NCBI GenBank assembly: GCA_945870425.1
Contig: CAMBSD010000012.1
Location: 2,923 to 66,922 of the forward strand
DNA: 64,000 nucleotides
Reading direction: 5' to 3'
Origin: Chitinophaga pinensis
GTDB lineage: Bacteria; Bacteroidota; Bacteroidia; UKL13-3
Shown here: piece after piece, positions 18,599 to 29,301 of the stretch
Position numbering within the stretch: the stretch's first letter is position 1
How the letters are laid out: each line of letters opens with the position of its first letter
Notes under the pieces: model-generated
What the model saw: the letters and a program-made list of their open reading frames with translations, nothing else
Database searches by the model: none
What the model was told of the DNA's origin: nothing
Position numbers and translations under genes: made by a program

Positions 18599-19269
18599 TT
18601 TTTATACTATTTATTGGACTCGCAAGTTTGATAAAATCGTATGCCCAACCCAACCTTGAGCAATACGACTTGAAGAAGCTACACTTTGGATTTACCATAG
18701 CTACCAACATAGGTAGATTGCAGGTAAGTCCAAATACAGACTTCACTGCCAAAGATACATTGATGAATATCGGTGTAGTAAATTACCCAGGTATTGGTTT
18801 GGGAGCTATTACAAACTTAAACATAGGTAAATATTGGGACTTACGACTTATGGCACCTGTCATATCTTTTGTTCAACGCAACTTAAATTATACATTCCCT
18901 TCTGGAACCAAAGAGGTTAAAGTAGAATCTGCCTATTGTGATGCTTCTTTACTAGTTAAATACAAATCAGCCAGAAGAAAAAACTCAAGATTCTATGTAG
19001 TAGGTGGCCCTCGATTTAGTTATGATTTCTCATCGACCGTTTCAAGAAACAGAGGGATTGAAAAACCTGTTGTATCACTTAACCCAATTACTTATGGATA
19101 TGAGTTTGGTTTTGGATTCGATTTTTATTTCGAGTATTTTAAATTCTCTCCTGAAATAAAGAATTGCCAAACATGGGGAAGTGCCATGTATAAAGATGGT
19201 TTGATATATACCAATGCCATTCAAAGCATTTCACCACAAATGATTCAGATATCTTTACATTTTGAGTAA
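18571..19269 (+). CDS. porT: PorT-family outer-membrane beta-barrel protein (T9SS-associated)
   Basis: Signal peptide; the KKLHFGFTIATN motif typical of PorT. The position immediately after ubiE is as in other Bacteroidota. GTG start overlaps ubiE by 28 nt. Confidence 0.65.
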   Translation: MYALRSRKIIFILFIGLASLIKSYAQPNLEQYDLKKLHFGFTIATNIGRLQVSPNTDFTAKDTLMNIGVVNYPGIGLGAITNLNIGKYWDLRLMAPVISFVQRNLNYTFPSGTKEVKVESAYCDASLLVKYKSARRKNSRFYVVGGPRFSYDFSSTVSRNRGIEKPVVSLNPITYGYEFGFGFDFYFEYFKFSPEIKNCQTWGSAMYKDGLIYTNAIQSISPQMIQISLHFE

Positions 19270-19304
19270 AGACATTTCTATTACACATTTCTAATCATAC
19301 GCTT

Positions 19305-20423
19305 TTGAAATTTTCGATAACAAGCACAGATAAAAATAGCAAGGCACGTGCAGGTGTGATAAGCACCGATAGAGGCGAGATACAAACTCCCATATTCATG
19401 CCTGTTGGCACACAAGGCACTGTAAAAGGAGTAAACCAAGCCGAGCTTTCAGAACGCATTAAAGCACAGATTATTCTTGCCAATACTTACCATATTTTCC
19501 TACGTCCAGGTTTGGATGTGATAAACAAAGCAGGAGGCATACACCAATTTATCAATTGGGATAAACCCATGTTAACTGATAGTGGAGGTTTTCAGGTTTT
19601 CAGTTTGAGTGGCATACGTAAAATCAAAGAAGAAGGGGTTGAATTCCGCTCTCACCTTGATGGATCTAAACTATTCTTTACCCCCGAAAATGTAATGGAC
19701 ACGCAACGTATCATCGGTGCCGATATCATGATGGCTTTTGATGAGTGTACCCCCTACCCTTGCGATTATAACTATGCAAAAAATTCCATGCAGATGACCC
19801 ATCGTTGGTTGAAAAGATGTATTGAACGATTTGATTCTACCGAGCCTTTGTATGGCAAATCTCAAACCTTGTTTCCCATCGTACAGGGCAGTACCTATAA
19901 AGATTTAAGGAAAGAATCGGCTCAGTTTATTGCCGACCAAGGCCGAGAAGGCAATGCCATTGGTGGCCTGAGTGTGGGCGAACCAGCAGAGATGATGTAT
20001 GAGATGACCGAGTTGGTGTGTGATATTTTGCCTGCTGACAAACCACGTTATCTGATGGGGATTGGAACACCTGAAAACATCTTAGAAGGCATAAGCCTTG
20101 GAATAGATATGTTTGATTGTGTAATGCCAACACGCAATGCCCGTCATGGATTTATCTTTACATCACAAGGAATTATCAATATTAAAAACGAAAAGTGGAA
20201 AAACGATTATAGCCCACTTGACGAATTGTTTACCCCCGATTACTCGAAAGCCTATTTAAAACATTTGATTAAGTGTAATGAGTTTTTGGGTGCTTCTATA
20301 GCAAGTATTCAAAACTTAAGCTTTTACTTATGGCTTGTAGGCGAAGCCCGCAAACACATCATCGAAGGCGATTTTTGTGCTTGGAAAAAAAGCACCTTAG
20401 AGGTGGTGAGTAGAAGGTTGTAA
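19305..20423 (+). CDS. tgt: tRNA-guanosine(34) transglycosylase
   Basis: TTG start giving MKFSITSTDKNSKARAG; DSGGFQV and LMGIGTPE motifs. Confidence 0.9.
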   Translation: MKFSITSTDKNSKARAGVISTDRGEIQTPIFMPVGTQGTVKGVNQAELSERIKAQIILANTYHIFLRPGLDVINKAGGIHQFINWDKPMLTDSGGFQVFSLSGIRKIKEEGVEFRSHLDGSKLFFTPENVMDTQRIIGADIMMAFDECTPYPCDYNYAKNSMQMTHRWLKRCIERFDSTEPLYGKSQTLFPIVQGSTYKDLRKESAQFIADQGREGNAIGGLSVGEPAEMMYEMTELVCDILPADKPRYLMGIGTPENILEGISLGIDMFDCVMPTRNARHGFIFTSQGIINIKNEKWKNDYSPLDELFTPDYSKAYLKHLIKCNEFLGASIASIQNLSFYLWLVGEARKHIIEGDFCAWKKSTLEVVSRRL

Positions 20424-20450
20424 TGGTTTTTATTTCTCAATTAAATTTGG

Positions 20451-21050
20451 CTAATACTCACAATCCTCATGCAACTTAATAGCACGGCATCTATGAAAAT
20501 TCTTAAATTCATCGGTACTTCCAAACCAATCAATCACATCATTTCGAGATAATAGGGTTGGTCTATCAGACAAAATACTCCCATAGGAACTATATTTCCA
20601 ATCCGCTAGATTAGATACAAAACCATGTTTTATAAGATTTTGATGTATATAATTGATAACTGAAGTAAGGCATGAATCAGAATCAATAGAAAATCGTTTG
20701 GTATAATCAATCCATAATGCCCCTTTTCTTTGATAGGTTTTATTGTATGCTTTTGCATAAGAATTAAGCAGATTGCTTAACTCCTGCATAATTAACTTGT
20801 GTACATCCAACTTATATTTAGGATGTTCGATTAATTGTTTTTCCAAATGGGTTCTGATAAGAAAATGAATATGATTGGGTATTAAGCAATACTATAGTAT
20901 CGCGAACCGAAGGCATATCACAGCATATTTCCGAAGAAAAATAAGTAGTTTTCATCATTCCTAAAAAGATTTTCATTGCCCACTGCATGGTTAACTAGAT
21001 AGTAATAGGTGCTGTGATCAAATCTTTCGAGGCCTCTCATCTTTATTTCA
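20451..21050 (-). pseudogene. decayed RayT / IS200-like Y1 (HUH) transposase
   Basis: Hand translation. The N-terminal piece MRGLERFDHSTYYYLVNHAVGNENLFRNDENYLFFF (from 21050) shifts frame. An in-frame TAG (20894-20892) follows, just before YCLIPNHIHFLIRT (HUH motif). The C-terminal part is ORF 20451..20846 with YIHQNLIKHGF..DWKYSSY. Confidence 0.7.
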
Positions 21051-21063
21051 CTTATATAAAATT

Positions 21064-21096
21064 AAACCTATAAGATTTTTAAAACCTTATAGGTTT
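21064..21096. repeat. 11-bp perfect inverted repeat next to the transposase remnant
   Basis: AAACCTATAAG-(11 nt)-CTTATAGGTTT, 14 nt upstream of the remnant's ATG. Confidence 0.6.
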
Positions 21097-21286
21097 CGAA
21101 AGTAAATATTTTTGATAAAGAAAATAAACTCGAAAATCAGCTTGCACTAGGAATAACGTTTAAATGATATAGATAAAGCAGGGTAACTCTTGAAAAAGCT
21201 ATTCAATTCAACAAGCGTATTCATTTATGTTGGAAACTGCTTTCCAAGTTTTTATTATTCGGTTAGAAACGCCTGACCGCACAAAT

Positions 21287-21317
21287 CAAAAAAGCCAATT
21301 GATTTCTCAATTGGCTT
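21287..21317 (-). terminator. rho-independent terminator of the atp operon
   Basis: Minus strand: AGCCAATTGA-gaaa-TCAATTGGCT followed by T6. Confidence 0.75.
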
Positions 21318-21319
21318 TT

Positions 21320-21350
21320 AAGGATTGCTTCACTGCGTTCGCAATGACGG
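21320..21350. repeat. REP-like box (minus strand GTCATTGCGAACGCAGTGAAGCAATCC)
   Basis: Same family as 12852 and 33215; lies between the atpG stop and its terminator. Confidence 0.5.
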
Positions 21351-21364
21351 CTAGAAATATGTTA

Positions 21365-22237
21365 TTAGTTGCTGCTTAATGCGGCTGCACCACCTACGAT
21401 TTCGGAAATCTCGGTTGTAATAGCTGCTTGACGCGCTCTGTTGTATTCTAATTTCAGTGCTTTGATTAACTCACCAGCATTGTCGGTTGCTTTATCCATT
21501 GAAATCATACGTGCACCGTGTTCTGATGCCAATGAATCTAATAAACAACGATACACATGGGTCTTAAGAATTCTAGGAATTAAGTCTTCCAATATCTCGC
21601 CTTTGCTTGGCTCGAAGATATAGTCGTTTTTAGCATCACCAGCTCCACCAAAAGTTGATTTATCAATAGGTAAGAATTGGTCGTTGGTTAATATTTGAGT
21701 TGCAGCATTCTTAAATTGGTTGTATACAATTTCCACTGCATCATATTTACCTGCTTTAAATTCAGCTAAGATTCTTTCTCCAATACTAAAACCAGTTTCA
21801 GCATTAAGTGTTAAAAATGCATCTCTCGAATCATTTATAACCGTATGCTTGGTTTTACCAAAAAATTCAGAACCTTTTTTGCCTATTGGAAGAATGCTAA
21901 TGTTTTTACCTTGGTATTTCTCAGCAATTACTCTACCTGCAAGTTTGATAACATTGGCATTAAAACTACCGCACAATCCTCTATCAGAAGTGATAGGAAC
22001 GATGAGTACGTTTTTAACCTCACGTTTATCAAAGTAAACTTTCAAAGAATCTACATCAATGCTATCAGCCAAATTAGCCAACAAGCCATTCAGTTTTTGA
22101 GCATAAGGTCTCATTTGCGTAATAGCATTTTGTGCCCTACGCAATTTGGTAGCACTCACCAGCTTCATAGCTTTGGTGATTTGTTGTGTACTTCCAACCG
22201 ATGTTATTCTTATTCTTACTTCTTTTAAGTTTGCCAT
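21365..22237 (-). CDS. atpG: F1 ATP synthase gamma subunit
   Basis: Starts at Met21 of ORF 21365..22297 (MANLKEVRIRITSVGSTQQITKAMKLVSATKLRRAQ); C-terminus ITTEISEIVGGA. Confidence 0.9.
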   Translation of the reverse strand: MANLKEVRIRITSVGSTQQITKAMKLVSATKLRRAQNAITQMRPYAQKLNGLLANLADSIDVDSLKVYFDKREVKNVLIVPITSDRGLCGSFNANVIKLAGRVIAEKYQGKNISILPIGKKGSEFFGKTKHTVINDSRDAFLTLNAETGFSIGERILAEFKAGKYDAVEIVYNQFKNAATQILTNDQFLPIDKSTFGGAGDAKNDYIFEPSKGEILEDLIPRILKTHVYRCLLDSLASEHGARMISMDKATDNAGELIKALKLEYNRARQAAITTEISEIVGGAAALSSN

Positions 22238-22316
22238 ATATTCATGTGCAAATGTGCGAATGAAGAAAATGTGTGGATGAGAAATTCTCACATACACACA
22301 TTCTCACATACACATA

Positions 22317-23897
22317 TTAATTACTGTATTTCGCTGATAATTCTTTTGCTACTTTTTCGATTACTGAAGTTACATCATCATTGATATTGCCTTTTTTCAG
22401 TTCGTTCAAAGTGTCTTTATGTTTAGTTTCTAAGAAGTTAATTAAATCTGCTTCAAACTCTCTTACTTTATTTACAGGTACATTACGCAATAAACCTTTT
22501 GTACCTAAGTAAATGATAGCCACTTGTTGTTCAACTGTGCTAGGCGAAAATTGATTTTGTTTCAAAATTTCTACGTTACGAGCACCTTTTTCAAGCACTG
22601 CTTTTGTAGCTGCATCTAAGTCAGAACCAAATTTAGAGAACGCTTCCAACTCACGATATTGTGCTTGGTCTAATTTTAAAGTACCAGCCACTTTTTTCAT
22701 TGATTTGATTTGAGCGTTACCACCCACACGACTTACCGAAATACCCACGTTGATAGCTGGACGAACACCTGAATTAAACAAGTTAGATTCAAGGAATATC
22801 TGACCATCTGTAATAGAGATTACGTTTGTAGGAATATAAGCAGATACGTCACCTGCTTGTGTTTCGATGATAGGAAGAGCAGTTAATGATCCACCACCTT
22901 TCACCAAATGTTTGATTGAAGGAGGAATATCATTCATAGATTGTGCGATGCTATCGTTAGCGATAATTTTAGCAGCACGCTCTAATAAACGAGAGTGAAG
23001 GTAAAACACATCACCAGGATAAGCTTCACGTCCAGGAGGTCTGCGAAGAAGCAATGAAACCTCACGGTAAGCTACAGCTTGCTTTGATAAGTCATCAAAA
23101 ACAACCAAAGCTGGTCTTCCTGAATCGCGGAAGAACTCACCGATAGCAGCACCTGCCATTGGCGCGTAGAACTGCATTGGAGCTGGATCTGATGAAGTAG
23201 CTGTAACAATAACGGTATAAGGCAATGCACCATATTTTTCAAGGGTGTTTACCACTTGCGCTACGGTTGAAGCTTTTTGCCCGATAGCAACATATATACA
23301 ATAAACAGGTTTACCTGCTTCGTAAAATTCTTTTTGGTTGATGATAGCATCAATACATACTGCCGATTTACCAGTTTGACGGTCACCGATAACAAGCTCA
23401 CGTTGTCCACGTCCGATAGGAATCATGGCATCGATAGCTTTGATACCCGTTTGTAATGGTTCTTTAACTGGCTCTCGATAAATAACACCTGGCGCTTTAC
23501 GCTCTAATGGCATATCGTATAAATCACCAGCAATAGGACCTTTACCATCAATTGGTTGACCTAAAGTGTTTACTACACGACCAAGCATACCTTCACCCAC
23601 CCTGATAGAAGCAATTCTGCCTGTACGTTTTACTGAGTCTCCTTCAACGATTTTATCGCTAGAGCCCAATAATACAGCACCTACATTGTCTTCTTCTAAG
23701 TTAAGTACGATAGCTTCAGTACCATTGGTAAATTCTACCAACTCTCCTGATTGTACTTTGGTTAGTCCATAGATACGTGCAATTCCATCACCTACTTGCA
23801 ATACTGTACCTACTTCTTGCAATTCAGTTTCGCTTTTAAAGTTGCTCAGCTGTTCACGTATGATGGCTGATACTTCATCCGGCCTTATTTCTACCAT
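22317..23897 (-). CDS. atpA: F1 ATP synthase alpha subunit
   Basis: Walker A GDRQTGKS; 526 aa; conserved throughout. Confidence 0.95.
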   Translation of the reverse strand: MVEIRPDEVSAIIREQLSNFKSETELQEVGTVLQVGDGIARIYGLTKVQSGELVEFTNGTEAIVLNLEEDNVGAVLLGSSDKIVEGDSVKRTGRIASIRVGEGMLGRVVNTLGQPIDGKGPIAGDLYDMPLERKAPGVIYREPVKEPLQTGIKAIDAMIPIGRGQRELVIGDRQTGKSAVCIDAIINQKEFYEAGKPVYCIYVAIGQKASTVAQVVNTLEKYGALPYTVIVTATSSDPAPMQFYAPMAGAAIGEFFRDSGRPALVVFDDLSKQAVAYREVSLLLRRPPGREAYPGDVFYLHSRLLERAAKIIANDSIAQSMNDIPPSIKHLVKGGGSLTALPIIETQAGDVSAYIPTNVISITDGQIFLESNLFNSGVRPAINVGISVSRVGGNAQIKSMKKVAGTLKLDQAQYRELEAFSKFGSDLDAATKAVLEKGARNVEILKQNQFSPSTVEQQVAIIYLGTKGLLRNVPVNKVREFEADLINFLETKHKDTLNELKKGNINDDVTSVIEKVAKELSAKYSN

Positions 23898-23906
23898 AAT
23901 GCTTAT

Positions 23907-24458
23907 TTATTTTGAAATGTATGTATTTAATAATTCTTTTTTAGCCTGACGTAATTTGCCAGCGATGCTTGCATCAAAAAGTTTGTCTTCAACTTGAACA
24001 ATCAAACCACCAATTAATTCTGCATCTACTGAGGATTTCAGGTTAACCCTTTTGCCTGTTTCTTTTTCTAAGGCTTCTCTAATTTGTTGTTTTATCGAAT
24101 CATCTGTTTCAACAGCTGTTTTAATAGATGCCTCGATAATATTATTTAACTCATTGTATTGACCAATAAAAGCACTGGCAACAGCACCTAAATATTGTTC
24201 ACGTTTTTTACGCACAATGATTTCTAAAAATGATGTAGTAAGGGAATTGAACGAACGATCGAACAACATTTTCATTACAGCCATTTTTTTATCTCCATGT
24301 ATAATGGGGCTTTTAAGCATAGCAAGTAATTCATGACTATTTTCAAGTGTTTTTGAAAACAATTGTATATCATTAAAAATAGCCTCAAGAATATTTTTCT
24401 CTTGAGCTAAGTCTATTAACGATTTGGCGTATCTGCTGGCTACCCTAAATTCTGACAT
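23907..24458 (-). CDS. atpH: F1 ATP synthase delta subunit (OSCP)
   Basis: VASRYAKSL N-terminus, ~180 aa, operon position. Confidence 0.8.
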   Translation of the reverse strand: MSEFRVASRYAKSLIDLAQEKNILEAIFNDIQLFSKTLENSHELLAMLKSPIIHGDKKMAVMKMLFDRSFNSLTTSFLEIIVRKKREQYLGAVASAFIGQYNELNNIIEASIKTAVETDDSIKQQIREALEKETGKRVNLKSSVDAELIGGLIVQVEDKLFDASIAGKLRQAKKELLNTYISK

Positions 24459-24462
24459 TTTC

Positions 24463-24957
24463 TTAGTTTAAAGTGATTGATTTTAAATTGTCATTCACAA
24501 AAGACTCTTGTTGAGAGCGATCTTCCATCTTTTTACGAAGGATTTTTTCAGCCATGTCAACAGAAAGCACTGCAACTTGTGTTTTCAATTCGTTTAAAGC
24601 ATTTAGCTTTTCTTTTTCAATAGCTTCTTTAGCCGAAGTGATTAATTTATCACCTACGTCTTTTGCATCTTTAGTTGCTTTAGCTATGATTTGATCCTTC
24701 ATTTCTGAGGCCTCTTTAAGCATTCTATCGCGCTCAGCACGGGCTTCGTTCAATAACTTTTGATTGTCAGATTTCAAAGCATCCATTGCCTTACGAGCAT
24801 CATCAGCTGCGCTCAAAGCGTTGTTGATAGAATCTTCTCTTTCTTTTATTGAATTAAGAATTGGCTTCCAAGCAAATTTTGAAAGCAAGAACAACACAAT
24901 ACTAAATGTAATGGTCATCCAAAAAATCAAACCTATTCCAGGGGTTACTAATTGCAT
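24463..24957 (-). CDS. atpF: F0 ATP synthase subunit b
   Basis: One N-terminal TM helix followed by a long charged helix; operon position. Confidence 0.8.
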   Translation of the reverse strand: MQLVTPGIGLIFWMTITFSIVLFLLSKFAWKPILNSIKEREDSINNALSAADDARKAMDALKSDNQKLLNEARAERDRMLKEASEMKDQIIAKATKDAKDVGDKLITSAKEAIEKEKLNALNELKTQVAVLSVDMAEKILRKKMEDRSQQESFVNDNLKSITLN

Positions 24958-25078
24958 AGTAGTTTTTTATTTTTGGTTAATTTTTGTGAAGCACTTTCAT
25001 GCTTTAAAATTGATACTAAAAAATACAGAAACACATTCTTAGAATGTGCTTCCGTATTTTGTTATCTTGTTTCGTAGA

Positions 25079-25354
<276 letters not shown>

Positions 25355-25386
25355 TTATTGTGTTATTGATTTTTAAATTTAATTTT

Positions 25387-26538
25387 TTAGTGGTGTTCTT
25401 CATGATGATGTTCCTCTACTGCACTACCAAAATAGATAGCAGAAAGCAAAGTGAAAACATAGGCTTGAAGAAAGGCAACCAATAATTCTAAGAAACTCAT
25501 AAAGGTAGTAAAAGCTACTGAAAATGCCGATACACCGAATCCTAATCCAGTATTCATTTCAGCAAAAATGAAAATCAAACTAAAGAAACCTAAAATGATA
25601 ATATGTCCAGCTGTAATGTTAGCAAACAAACGAATGGTTAATACGATAGGTTTGTTTAGTACACCAATAATTTCGATAGGTATCATCAATGGTAATAACC
25701 AACCTGGCACACCTGGAGGCATAAAAATATGCGCCCAATAGTTTTTGTTACCATTAATCAAAGTGATTACAAATGTGAATGCTGCCAATACCATCGTAAC
25801 TGCGATATTACCTGTTACATTAGCTCCACCTGGGAAAATTGGTATTAAACCAAACATGTTATTAATGAAAATAAAGAAGAATATGGTTAACAAGAATGGC
25901 ATGAATCGATTGTATTGTTTGCCAATGGAAGGCTTGGCTACTTCATCGCGAATAAATATAATGAGCGGCTCAACAAACGATTGAATACCTTTTGGAGCTC
26001 TTAGTGCGTTTGATTTGTAGCTACCTGCAATTGACAACATGATAATTAATAGAACTATAACTGCTACAAACATGGCAAATACATTTTTGGTAATTGATAG
26101 GTCTAAAAACTCAGCACCTGCAAGATTTACCAATTTACCCTCTTTCAACTCATAACCCTCATAAGCCTCGTGGCCATGATGGAATTTGTTTGAAAGAAAC
26201 ACATGCAGGCCGTTATTGTCTTTTATGATTACAGGCAAAGGAATAGAGACGTGGGTATGGCCAATGGTAGCAATATGCCAATCATAAGCATCAGCGATGT
26301 GCTCCATGATTAATTTACCAGCATCTACCTTTTCAGTTTTATGCTCTTCGGTAGCTCCCTCATGAGAAGCTTCTCCGTGGGCAGTAGCTACTATTTCGCT
26401 ACTAGCATTTATTGCTGCTGAGTCAGTATGAACTTCGTGTTGCGCATTAGCAAGCTTTAATCCTGCATAAGTTACATACAAAACCACTAAAAAAGCGGGT
26501 ATTAAATATTTGGTTATCTTATACTTATTGCTAAACAT
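25387..26538 (-). CDS. atpB: F0 ATP synthase subunit a (with the long N-terminal extension common in Bacteroidota)
   Basis: LTIRLFANITAGH (essential Arg) and multiple TM helices. Confidence 0.9.
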   Translation of the reverse strand: MFSNKYKITKYLIPAFLVVLYVTYAGLKLANAQHEVHTDSAAINASSEIVATAHGEASHEGATEEHKTEKVDAGKLIMEHIADAYDWHIATIGHTHVSIPLPVIIKDNNGLHVFLSNKFHHGHEAYEGYELKEGKLVNLAGAEFLDLSITKNVFAMFVAVIVLLIIMLSIAGSYKSNALRAPKGIQSFVEPLIIFIRDEVAKPSIGKQYNRFMPFLLTIFFFIFINNMFGLIPIFPGGANVTGNIAVTMVLAAFTFVITLINGNKNYWAHIFMPPGVPGWLLPLMIPIEIIGVLNKPIVLTIRLFANITAGHIIILGFFSLIFIFAEMNTGLGFGVSAFSVAFTTFMSFLELLVAFLQAYVFTLLSAIYFGSAVEEHHHEEHH

Positions 26539-26541
26539 TTA

Positions 26542-26925
26542 CTAATTTGGCTTTTTTGAATCGGGTCGCAAGTTAACCACAAGGCAATAAATTTCAAACG
26601 ATGTGTAAAAGAAATATAAAAACAAGTAGGCAAATGCGAAGGACAATTGCTTTTGGGGCGAAAAAAGGAAATAAATAATCAGAGGAAAAAGTGAAAAAAG
26701 AAAACGTATGCCAATTGCACCATAGGTGCGATTAATAAAGGTTTTATTATCTTTTTTTAATCCAGATTGAGAGATGACATATATGGCCATTGTCAGCAAT
26801 GCGAAATAAGCTAATGCCCCCCATATGAGTTGACTAATATCATATTTAGATTGTATTAAATACAAAATTCCAGCAAGGACCAATGTGAATAAAGTTAATC
26901 GGGTGTAAAAAGTTTGCTTTGTCAT
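26542..26925 (-). CDS. four-TM membrane protein upstream of atpB (ATP synthase-associated, function unknown)
   Basis: ORF 26542..26964. Met14 (26925) is preferred because it abuts the stop of the upstream ORF. Assignment rests on position only. Confidence 0.45.
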   Translation of the reverse strand: MTKQTFYTRLTLFTLVLAGILYLIQSKYDISQLIWGALAYFALLTMAIYVISQSGLKKDNKTFINRTYGAIGIRFLFSLFPLIIYFLFSPQKQLSFAFAYLFLYFFYTSFEIYCLVVNLRPDSKKPN

Positions 26926-26926
26926 T

Positions 26927-27178
26927 TTACGATTTTGGTAAAAACTTAATAATATCTGCTGCAAGGGTGAAAATTCTAAAAATTAGCAATGCGGGCCAAA
27001 TCATGAAAGATTTGTTTTCAAACGAGGAAAGTAGCGCAGTTAGAAGTCCTACACTAAAAACCATCATCAATAAAGCCCAAAACTGCATTTTAACATTTTC
27101 ACGCATAGTAAAACTAAATATAGCCGATATTAATGTAAAAAACACAGAAACAACTAATAGAAAAGTCGGGAAATTCAT
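26927..27178 (-). CDS. small membrane protein at the head of the atp operon (possibly AtpZ/AtpI-like)
   Basis: 83 aa with three hydrophobic segments; assignment rests on position only. Confidence 0.35.
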   Translation of the reverse strand: MNFPTFLLVVSVFFTLISAIFSFTMRENVKMQFWALLMMVFSVGLLTALLSSFENKSFMIWPALLIFRIFTLAADIIKFLPKS

Positions 27179-27340
27179 TCAATAGTATTTTTCTGCAATT
27201 ATAAATTAATTAACATGGATTAGCACAAAGCCAATCAAATATTAAAAACAACATCATCAATAATTTAATAAATATTTTCCACTGAATTTATTTTATTCGA
27301 AAACCTTATTATTCTATATTTTTAATACGAACCTCAATTG

Positions 27341-28969
27341 ATGATAAACAAAATAATTAGCAATGTTATGTTACTTTGTGTTTGCTTATTTATAGGTTTA
27401 TACTCAAATGCACAAACACAAAAAACTGATAGCATCCATCAGGCTATCCTAGTATTGGAAAAAAATGCCAATTTTACTTCAGATACCAATTACATTAATG
27501 GACTAAATGACCTTGCTTCTGCATATAATAATGTAAATCCTGATAGTACCATTTCTATTGCTTTAAGTAGTTTAGGATATTCACAAAAAAACAAATTTTA
27601 TAAAGGAATATGCGAATCCTTAAGAATTATCGGTATGGGATTCGTGTCAAAAAGTGAATATACCCATGCATTATCATATTTCAACGAAGCCCTTGTGGTT
27701 GCCGAAAAAAACCACTTAGAGAAATGTTTAGGAAAAGTATATAATAATCTTGGAGTAGTTTACAAAAATTGGGGAGACTATCCCAAAGCTCTAGCATATC
27801 ATTTTAAGGCGCTCCAAATAAGAGAAAAACAAGGCGATAGCAAAGCCATTGCAAATAGTTTGGGGAATATCGCCATCATTTATAAAAACCTAAATAAGGT
27901 CAATTTATCGTTAACTAATTACGTTAAGGCATTAAAGATTTTTGAAAGCCAAGAAGATAAGTTGGGAATATCATCCTGCTTAAATAACATTGCCAATGTA
28001 TATATCATGCAGAACCTCTATGCTCAATCGATTTATTATAACCTCAGAGCGTTGCGCATACAAGAAGAAATTGGTGATAGAAAAGGATATGCTTATAGTT
28101 TGGGCTATTTGGGTGTTGGTAATTACTACTTGAAACACTATTCGGATGCGATTAATTATTTAGAACAGTCCATCAATTTGAATGATGAAATTGGCGATAA
28201 ATACGCTGTTGCCGAGAGTTACGAGCATCTTAATAAAGTATATCAAGCATTAAAGAATTACAGTAAAGCACTTGAATGTATTGATAAAGCCATGAATTTA
28301 GCAAAAAAAATTGGTCACAAACAACTTATTGCCAATTGCTATGATGGATACTATACCATTTACAAATTATCCAATCAACCAATTCTTGCCATGTCAAACC
28401 TTGAAAAAAGGGTGATTTATTACGATAGCTTAAGAATTTCTGAAAGTCAAATTCAAATGGTACAACTGCAAACCAAATATGAATATGATTTAAAAGAGAG
28501 TAAATTATTATCAGAGCAAAAACAAAAAGAGATTGACATTTCAAACCAATTAAAACAGCAGCGAATAATCATTTGGCTTGGATTATTAATTATATTAGTT
28601 GGTTCAATCGCTACAATGCAAATTATTAAAAGTAGAAAAAAATTACAAGAGGCATACAACAACCTAGAAGAGGCTAAGAACAAAATCTCTAATCTTAATA
28701 GCAATTTACAAGAAAGAGTAAAAGAAAGAACGATTAACCTTGAAAATGCCAACGATAAACTTAAGGAGCATATATACTCAATCAATCATATCATAAGAAA
28801 GCCACTTGCCAATATTTTAGGTATTATCAATCTAGTAAATAAGGAGGATTTCAGCGATCCTGCCAATTATGAATCTATTGAATTACTTGAGAAAACCACT
28901 AAACAACTTGATGAAATTATTAAGGAATTAAACAATAATCCTGACTATAAGATTGAAGTAGATAAATAA
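27341..28969 (+). CDS. TPR-repeat protein with a TM helix, a coiled coil and a HisKA-like H-box but no ATPase domain
   Basis: Signal peptide, ~8 TPR units (YNNLGVVYKNWGDYPKALAYHFKALQI and others), TM IIIWLGLLIILVGSIATMQII, then INHIIRKPLANILGI. The protein ends ~60 aa later. Confidence 0.65.
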   Translation: MINKIISNVMLLCVCLFIGLYSNAQTQKTDSIHQAILVLEKNANFTSDTNYINGLNDLASAYNNVNPDSTISIALSSLGYSQKNKFYKGICESLRIIGMGFVSKSEYTHALSYFNEALVVAEKNHLEKCLGKVYNNLGVVYKNWGDYPKALAYHFKALQIREKQGDSKAIANSLGNIAIIYKNLNKVNLSLTNYVKALKIFESQEDKLGISSCLNNIANVYIMQNLYAQSIYYNLRALRIQEEIGDRKGYAYSLGYLGVGNYYLKHYSDAINYLEQSINLNDEIGDKYAVAESYEHLNKVYQALKNYSKALECIDKAMNLAKKIGHKQLIANCYDGYYTIYKLSNQPILAMSNLEKRVIYYDSLRISESQIQMVQLQTKYEYDLKESKLLSEQKQKEIDISNQLKQQRIIIWLGLLIILVGSIATMQIIKSRKKLQEAYNNLEEAKNKISNLNSNLQERVKERTINLENANDKLKEHIYSINHIIRKPLANILGIINLVNKEDFSDPANYESIELLEKTTKQLDEIIKELNNNPDYKIEVDK

Positions 28970-28984
28970 TTAATGATTTTATCT

Positions 28985-29291
28985 AAGGTTGGTGTCCTTT
29001 CATCAATCCTTCCATATATCAAAATAGATTTGGTTTGTGGGGACACAAACCGAGGACAAAAGGTTGGTGTCCGTAACAATCCTTCCTTCCAAACATGAGA
29101 GTAGATTTGGTTTGTGAGGACACAAACCAAGGACAGTAAAACTATTCTACTTCTTAATCCTTGTTGGGTTTACACTTACAAAACTTTCCCAACTAGATGC
29201 CTTCTTTTTGTCCAAGGTTGGTGTCCGCACCAATCCTTCCATTTATCAAAATAGCTTTGGTTTGTGGGGACACAAACCAAGGACAGTAAAA
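28985..29291. repeat. three copies of a ~75-bp element with a perfect 10-bp hairpin TTGGTTTGTG-(G/A)GGA-CACAAACCAA
   Basis: Element starts (AAGGTTGGTGTCC) at 28985, 29060 and 29214. Hairpins at 29030-29053 (one mismatch), 29107-29130 and 29257-29280. Confidence 0.85.
29159..29210 (-). repeat. 52-bp exact duplicate of the ruvC 3' coding end
   Basis: Identical to 29314-29365. With its flank the duplicate encodes ..SVNPTRIKK-stop, versus ..SVNPTRVKK-stop in ruvC. Confidence 0.9.
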
Positions 29292-29301
29292 TTGACCGAC
29301 C

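Noticed and set aside
22238-22297. 20-codon N-terminal extension of atpG
   Set aside because: The canonical gamma-subunit N-terminus MANLKEV starts at 22237. The extension is composed of the repetitive cacata/tgtgtg intergenic sequence.
28945-29130. 61-aa minus-strand ORF across the hairpin elements downstream of ruvC
   Set aside because: It is composed of repeat-element sequence. The similar stretches in the other element copies are not open.
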